From an uncultured Gammaproteobacteria bacterium (GTDB lineage Bacteria > Pseudomonadota > Gammaproteobacteria > Arenicellales > CAJQKF01), in assembly GCA_905478855.1 (NCBI GenBank), contig CAJQKF010000006.1, positions 52,019 through 116,018 on the forward strand: a DNA stretch of 64,000 nt, given 5' to 3'. Every line of letters starts with the position of its first letter. Position 1 is the first letter of the stretch. Below, piece by piece: positions 59,354 through 64,000 of the stretch. The notes under the pieces were generated by a model. It was not told the origin of the DNA, ran no database searches, and saw only the letters and a list, made by a program, of their open reading frames with translations. Both the position numbers and the translations under genes were made by a program.

Positions 59354-60040
59354 ATGAATGGTTTCTTTGTGACAGGTACAGATACAGAGATTGGCAAGAC
59401 GGAAGTATCCTCAGCCTTGTTAATTGGATTGGCTGATGCTGGATTTCAAACCGTTGCAATGAAGCCGGTGGCCAGTGGTTGCGTCAACACAAAAGAAGGT
59501 TTGCGCAACAGCGATGCGATGCAATTGCAGGACTCAGCTAGCAGGAAAGCAGCTTACTGCTTGGTAAACCCATATGCTTTCGAACCACCAATAGCACCAC
59601 ACTTAGCGGCTGAAATTTCTGGAGTAACTATTGATAGTGGGCCTATATTAGATGCTTTTTATCAGCTCTCGAAGGGTGATCATTACACCGTGGTTGAAGG
59701 TGTCGGAGGTTGGCTTGTCCCCCTGAATCAGGACTATACGGTTGAAAATCTTGCTCAGGATTTATTGCTACCGGTAATTATAGTGGTTGGTTTGCGGCTT
59801 GGATGCTTGAATCATGCACTGTTAACAGAGCGTGCAATTTTGTCTTCGGGTTGTAAGGTAGTCGGGTGGATTGGTAATCACATGTCACCAGAATTCACAA
59901 TGTCGAATGAAAATATCCGCACATTGGAGCGTGAAATGAAAAGTCCAAAACTTGGAGTTTTCCCCTTTTTAGAGAGCGTAAACTCGAAAGTTCTGGCGCA
60001 GCATCTAAATATTGAACTTCTGACCGCCTATGGGAAGTAG
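59354..60040 (+). CDS. bioD: dethiobiotin synthetase
   Basis: P-loop FFVTGTDTEIGKT, ..VVEGVGGW... ATG 59354 (TTG 59351 also possible). Confidence 0.9.
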   Translation: MNGFFVTGTDTEIGKTEVSSALLIGLADAGFQTVAMKPVASGCVNTKEGLRNSDAMQLQDSASRKAAYCLVNPYAFEPPIAPHLAAEISGVTIDSGPILDAFYQLSKGDHYTVVEGVGGWLVPLNQDYTVENLAQDLLLPVIIVVGLRLGCLNHALLTERAILSSGCKVVGWIGNHMSPEFTMSNENIRTLEREMKSPKLGVFPFLESVNSKVLAQHLNIELLTAYGK

Positions 60041-60134
60041 TGCTATTTGGAATTTTAGCCCACGTCGATATCGCATCCCATTTAGTTTGTTAAATGCGTC
60101 TTTGTAAGCTTTTTCAACCTTGCAGCAAAGCATG

Positions 60135-60175
60135 GGCTGGTGTAGGATTCGAGCCATTAGATTCCAGCCTTTTTT
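60135..60175 (+). terminator. possible bioD terminator (weak)
   Basis: ggctgg (60135-40) / ccagcc (60164-69) followed by T6 (60170-75). The 23-nt loop is large, so confidence is low. Confidence 0.3.
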
Positions 60176-60548
60176 GATGTTGGCTAGCACACAGGTGTTA
60201 TTAGAATGTTGCTGATTATTGTTCTCTATTGAGATGAATACGTGGCATTAAATTATATATTAAAGGTTTGTAAATAGCGGTAAAATTGTAGATTGCTTCG
60301 ATTGTGTAGACGGCATTATCCGCATAATCACGGTGATCCATAATAGTGATGTACGTCTGTTGATATGGTATCGATATATCGATCTAAATTTGAGTTTAGG
60401 TCGATGGCTTTAGGATTCAACTCAAGCCATCGGATTTCGACGGCAAATCGAACAGACATTTTAGTATTTTTTAGTTTATGTAAGAAGCGTATTTAACTCA
60501 TAATTCGCTCTTCATTATGGTTTTTGAGTTTACAGGAGATCCCTGAAA

Positions 60549-61358
60549 ATGAAGTTAGTTAGATCTTTCAACGCGTCCAGAATATCCGGTGTTATTCTGG
60601 CATATACCGCATTGTTGTTTGGTGCGCTAATTGCCAGCCCGGCCTACGCTGAATATGGGTTGAATTTTAAAACACCGGTGACTGAGATCGCTCATATTGA
60701 GTACGATCTACATATGCTGATTCTGTACATCTGTATTGCAATCTTTGTAGTCGTATTTGGAGTGATGTTCTATTCCATCTATGCACACCGCAAGAGCAAG
60801 GGATCTGTGGCTGCGAAGTTTAGTCACAGTACTAATGCAGAGATCATTTGGACGGTAATTCCAATTATCATTTTGGTTACGATGGCTATTCCGTCTACCG
60901 AAGCGCTTATTCGAATGGAGGACACAACCAATTCGGATATGACGGTCAAAATCACAGGTTACCAATGGAAATGGCATTATGACTATATGGATCATGATGT
61001 GGAGATGTTTAGTTCCATTTCTACGCCTCGGGCACAAATCGAAAATAAACAAGAAAAGGGCGAGAACTACCTGCTGGAAGTTAACAATCATGTCGTACTT
61101 CCAATCAACAAAAAGATTCGTCTCTTGATTACAGCCAACGACGTAATTCATGCTTGGTGGGTACCTGAGTTGGGTGCGAAAAAAGATGCAATCCCCGGTT
61201 TTATTAATGAAATTTGGACGAAAATTGACAAGCCTGGTCGCTATCGCGGTCAATGTGCGGAATTGTGCGGTAAAGATCATGGCTATATGCCGATTGTAGT
61301 AGATGCCGTGACTGAAGAAGAATTCGAAGCGTGGGTTCAAAAACAGAAACAGGGTTAA
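60549..61358 (+). CDS. coxB: cytochrome c oxidase subunit II (CuA)
   Basis: Signal/TM N-terminus and CuA site H..(34 aa)..CAELCGKDHGYM. 269 aa, no fused cytochrome c domain. Confidence 0.95.
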   Translation: MKLVRSFNASRISGVILAYTALLFGALIASPAYAEYGLNFKTPVTEIAHIEYDLHMLILYICIAIFVVVFGVMFYSIYAHRKSKGSVAAKFSHSTNAEIIWTVIPIIILVTMAIPSTEALIRMEDTTNSDMTVKITGYQWKWHYDYMDHDVEMFSSISTPRAQIENKQEKGENYLLEVNNHVVLPINKKIRLLITANDVIHAWWVPELGAKKDAIPGFINEIWTKIDKPGRYRGQCAELCGKDHGYMPIVVDAVTEEEFEAWVQKQKQG

Positions 61359-61424
61359 TCCGCTGTTCATGTATCTTTGATGAATTTGACAAATTTTTAA
61401 GTATTTATTTCATATATTTTTAGG

Positions 61425-63014
61425 GTGAATAAAATGACTGCCACAACAGCGGATCACCACGACGATCATCATGACCACCATCCGAGCGGAATCGGGCGTT
61501 GGTTGTTCTCTACAAATCATAAAGACATAGGAACAATGTATTTATGGTTTTCGTTTTGCATGTTTATTATCGGCGGCCTAATGGCGCTTATTGTTCGTGC
61601 GGAATTATTCATGCCCGGGCTGCAGTTGGTAACGCCCCATTTCTTCAATCAGATGACAACAAATCATGCATTGATCATGATTTTTGGTGCCGCCATGCCG
61701 GTATTTGTGGGTTTGGCGAACTGGCAGATTCCAATGATGATTGGTGCCCCGGATATGGCGCTTCCACGTCTGAACAACTGGAGTTTCTGGCTGTTACCGC
61801 CGGCATTCACATTGCTAATCGGGTCATTATTCTCACCCGGCGGCGCTCCTGCCGGTGGTTGGACAATGTATCCACCTCTTTCCATTCAAACTGGAATGGG
61901 AATGGACATGGCAATCCTCGCCATGCACATGATGGGTATTTCCTCGATCATGGGTTCAATCAATATTATTGCCACTATTTTAAATATGCGTGCTCCAGGT
62001 ATGCATCTGATGAAAATGCCCATGTTTGTATGGACATGGCTGATCACTGCATTCTTGTTAGTAACCTCGATCCCAGTTCTCGCTGGCGCAATTACAATGT
62101 TGCTAACGGATCGTCATTTTGGAACCCAATTTTTTGATGCGGCTGGTGGCGGAGACCCCGTTATGTTCCAGCATATTTTCTGGTTCTTTGGTCATCCGGA
62201 AGTTTATATTCTAATTTTGCCTGCGTTTGGGGTTATCTCGCAGGTTATACCTACGTTCTCAAGAAAGCCTCTGTTCGGTTACTCTTCAATGGTTTTTGCT
62301 GTTGCTGCTATTGCGTTCTTGTCGTTTATTGTGTGGGCGCACCATATGTATACCGTTGGTATGCCGCTTGCTGGAGAACTGTTCTTTATGTACTCCACTA
62401 TGTTGATATCGATACCCACAGGAGTGAAGATATTCAATTGGGTCGCCACCATGTGGCGGGGCAGCATGACGTTTGAAACACCCATGCTATATGCAATTGG
62501 TACCGTATTCCTATTTAGCATCGGCGGCTTTTCCGGTCTAATGTTAGCTATAACACCGTCTGACTTCCAGTATCATGACACCTATTTTGTAGTTGCTCAC
62601 TTTCATTATGTAATCTTCGGTGGAACGATTACTGGTGCTTTTTGTGCTGTTTACTACTGGCTGCCTAAGTGGACTGGCCATATGTACGATGAAAAACTAG
62701 GCAAAATACATTTTTGGCTTACTGTGATTGGCATGAATATTACCTTTTTCCCACAGCATTTCTTGGGACTTGCTGGTATGCCACGTCGAATTCCTGACTA
62801 TTCTCTACAGTTTACAGAGTTCAATATGATGTCTACTGGTGGCGCATTGCTATTAGGTCTATCTCAAATTTTATTTCTGTATATCGTAATGAAAGCTATC
62901 AAGGGTGGCGAAAAAGCGACCGATCAAGTTTGGGATGGTGCTGAGGGTCTTGAATGGACATTGCCTTCTCCTCCTCCCGCTCACACATTTACAACACCTC
63001 CACTGGTTAAGTAA
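61425..63014 (+). CDS. coxA: cytochrome c oxidase subunit I
   Basis: Heme-copper oxidase signature (..WFFGHPEVYILILP.., ..HHMYTVG.., ..VAHFHYV..). GTG 61425 or ATG 61434. Confidence 0.97.
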   Translation: MNKMTATTADHHDDHHDHHPSGIGRWLFSTNHKDIGTMYLWFSFCMFIIGGLMALIVRAELFMPGLQLVTPHFFNQMTTNHALIMIFGAAMPVFVGLANWQIPMMIGAPDMALPRLNNWSFWLLPPAFTLLIGSLFSPGGAPAGGWTMYPPLSIQTGMGMDMAILAMHMMGISSIMGSINIIATILNMRAPGMHLMKMPMFVWTWLITAFLLVTSIPVLAGAITMLLTDRHFGTQFFDAAGGGDPVMFQHIFWFFGHPEVYILILPAFGVISQVIPTFSRKPLFGYSSMVFAVAAIAFLSFIVWAHHMYTVGMPLAGELFFMYSTMLISIPTGVKIFNWVATMWRGSMTFETPMLYAIGTVFLFSIGGFSGLMLAITPSDFQYHDTYFVVAHFHYVIFGGTITGAFCAVYYWLPKWTGHMYDEKLGKIHFWLTVIGMNITFFPQHFLGLAGMPRRIPDYSLQFTEFNMMSTGGALLLGLSQILFLYIVMKAIKGGEKATDQVWDGAEGLEWTLPSPPPAHTFTTPPLVK

Positions 63015-63020
63015 ATACAA

Positions 63021-63167
63021 GTGAAAAACAACCACGTATCTAAACCTTCCGCCGTTGAGTCAGATGGATTAACATCGGCTCAACAGTCGGGTATTCGTAA
63101 GACCGTTATTATCGCTGCTATATTTGTGGCAATTGTTTTTACTTGGTCAATCGTAGGTCGACTTTAA
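63021..63167 (+). CDS. small single-TM protein between coxA and ctaG (48 aa)
   Basis: GTG-initiated ORF VKNNHVSKPSAVESDGLTSAQQSGIRKTVIIAAIFVAIVFTWSIVGRL. Fills the coxA-ctaG gap exactly. Below the ORF-track length cut-off. Confidence 0.4.
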   Translation: MKNNHVSKPSAVESDGLTSAQQSGIRKTVIIAAIFVAIVFTWSIVGRL

Positions 63168-63169
63168 AC

Positions 63170-63724
63170 GTGGAAAATACGGGGATAGCATCCAGTAACC
63201 GAAAAACAAGTCGTTGGCTGCTCTTGTTCGTTGTCGGAATGTTCGGGTTTGGCTACGCGCTAATACCGCTATATGATGTTTTTTGCGAAATCGTCGGTGT
63301 TAATGGTAAAGGTATCCAAATTGACACGTCTAATCAGTCTTTGGCAATCAACCGCGATAGAACGATTGCTGTAGAGTTTACGGGCTCTATCATGGGTGGC
63401 TTACCATGGGATTTTTCACCTGCAAAAAAAGTTTTTGTGCACCCTGGCGAAACTGTTCGAGTTGCCTATTTAGCAACAAACTTAGCATCCACTGACGTAA
63501 CAGGTAAAGCCGTTCCAAGCATTTCACCAACCAAGGCGACACGGTATTTTATTAAGGCTGAATGTTTTTGTTTCAACAATCAAACTTTAGCAGCTGATGA
63601 GCAGAAAGAAATGCCACTGGTTTTTAAAGTAGATAACGACATTCCGGAGTCTGTTAAAACCATTACATTATCTTATGCTTTTTTTCGGGCAGAGGAAACG
63701 GAAGCTGGCGATACGTCGAGCTAA
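63170..63724 (+). CDS. ctaG: cytochrome c oxidase assembly protein CtaG/Cox11
   Basis: Copper-binding CFCF motif (..KAECFCFNNQ..) and a single N-terminal TM. GTG at 63170 preferred to the ORF-track start 63143, which would overlap the small ORF. Confidence 0.85.
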   Translation: MENTGIASSNRKTSRWLLLFVVGMFGFGYALIPLYDVFCEIVGVNGKGIQIDTSNQSLAINRDRTIAVEFTGSIMGGLPWDFSPAKKVFVHPGETVRVAYLATNLASTDVTGKAVPSISPTKATRYFIKAECFCFNNQTLAADEQKEMPLVFKVDNDIPESVKTITLSYAFFRAEETEAGDTSS

Positions 63725-63770
63725 GTAGAATTATTTTTTTGTATACTAAAACTAAATCAGAGGATTAGGT

Positions 63771-64000
63771 ATGAGTGAACAAGGCTCCTACTATGTACCA
63801 GAAGGTACTAAATGGCCCACAATAACTTCGGCAGGAATATTTTGCTTGGCGTCAGGGTTTATAATGTTAATGAATGAAATCAACAATGCCTCCATTGTTA
63901 TGCTGGTGGGCACCTTGATTCTTATCTACGTCATAGCCGGTTGGTTTGGAGAAGTTGCCGTTGAAAGTGAAAGCGGCACCTATTCAAAACAAGTAGATGT
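63771..64000 (+). CDS. coxC: cytochrome c oxidase subunit III (5' part, truncated by window end)
   Basis: MSEQGSYYVPEGTKWPTITSAGIF..GWFGEV.. is the typical CoxC N-terminus. AGGATTAGG SD upstream. Confidence 0.8.
   Translation, partial: MSEQGSYYVPEGTKWPTITSAGIFCLASGFIMLMNEINNASIVMLVGTLILIYVIAGWFGEVAVESESGTYSKQVD

Noticed and set aside
60141-60160. tRNA T-arm-like string (gtaggattcgagcc) suggesting a tRNA gene or fragment
   Set aside because: No acceptor stem, anticodon arm or CCA-proximal pairing can be drawn around it. It sits in the loop of the weak bioD terminator candidate.
60005-60190. 61-aa minus-strand ORF downstream of bioD, considered as a possible transposase remnant (..VEKAYKDAFNKLNGMRYRRG..)
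   Set aside because: Resemblance to DDE transposase C-terminal motifs is too loose to defend without a search. Its first 36 nt overlap bioD, and there is no SD.
60708-61370. 220-aa minus-strand ORF antisense to coxB, and the 197-aa alternative-frame ORF at 61544-62137 inside coxA
   Set aside because: Both lie wholly within strongly recognisable oxidase genes (CuA and heme-copper signatures) and have odd, low-complexity composition. They are typical shadow ORFs.
1-64000. CRISPR arrays, rRNA genes, integrase/att sites, toxin-antitoxin pairs
   Set aside because: No regularly spaced repeats, no rRNA-like conserved blocks, and no integrase or small paired ORFs were seen. The only mobile-element trace is the IS66 tail fragment.

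Overview
This 64-kb window is a chromosomal segment from an AT-rich Gram-negative bacterium (GC judged by eye, not computed). Gene content and local synteny look gammaproteobacterial: rpe-gph-trpE, miaB-phoH-ybeY-corC-lnt, secA-argJ-mutT, coaE-pilDCB facing pilA, pilSR, bioBFCD and coxBA-ctaG-coxC. Most of the window is tightly packed core housekeeping. It includes an iscR-sufBCDS-sufT-Rieske Fe-S operon, an agmatinase-family gene, mgtE, a GGDEF/EAL protein, trp genes, PBP1B, secA, a biotin operon and an aa3-type cytochrome oxidase operon. Two accessory regions stand out. (1) About 10 kb (42.4-52.5 kb) is an expanded type IV pilin locus. A GT2/DUF354/AsnB-like operon lies between pilB and pilA. 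Three divergent pilin genes follow: one has a consensus sigma54 promoter, one has a 41-residue leader, and one has no cysteines. Two translationally coupled paralogous GT-C/TPR-like membrane proteins of 633 and 655 aa sit between the second and third pilins. I read this as a probable, apparently uncharacterised, lipid-linked-sugar pilin glycosylation system. (2) About 2.4 kb is inserted between trpE and trpG. It carries an IS66-type transposase C-terminal remnant, an orphan 494-aa two-TM protein that resembles the TMEM143/DUF3754 family, and 565 bp of AT-rich non-coding DNA. I found no rRNA, tRNA or CRISPR array by eye. All product calls rest on motif and family recognition from the translated ORFs; no database search was possible.
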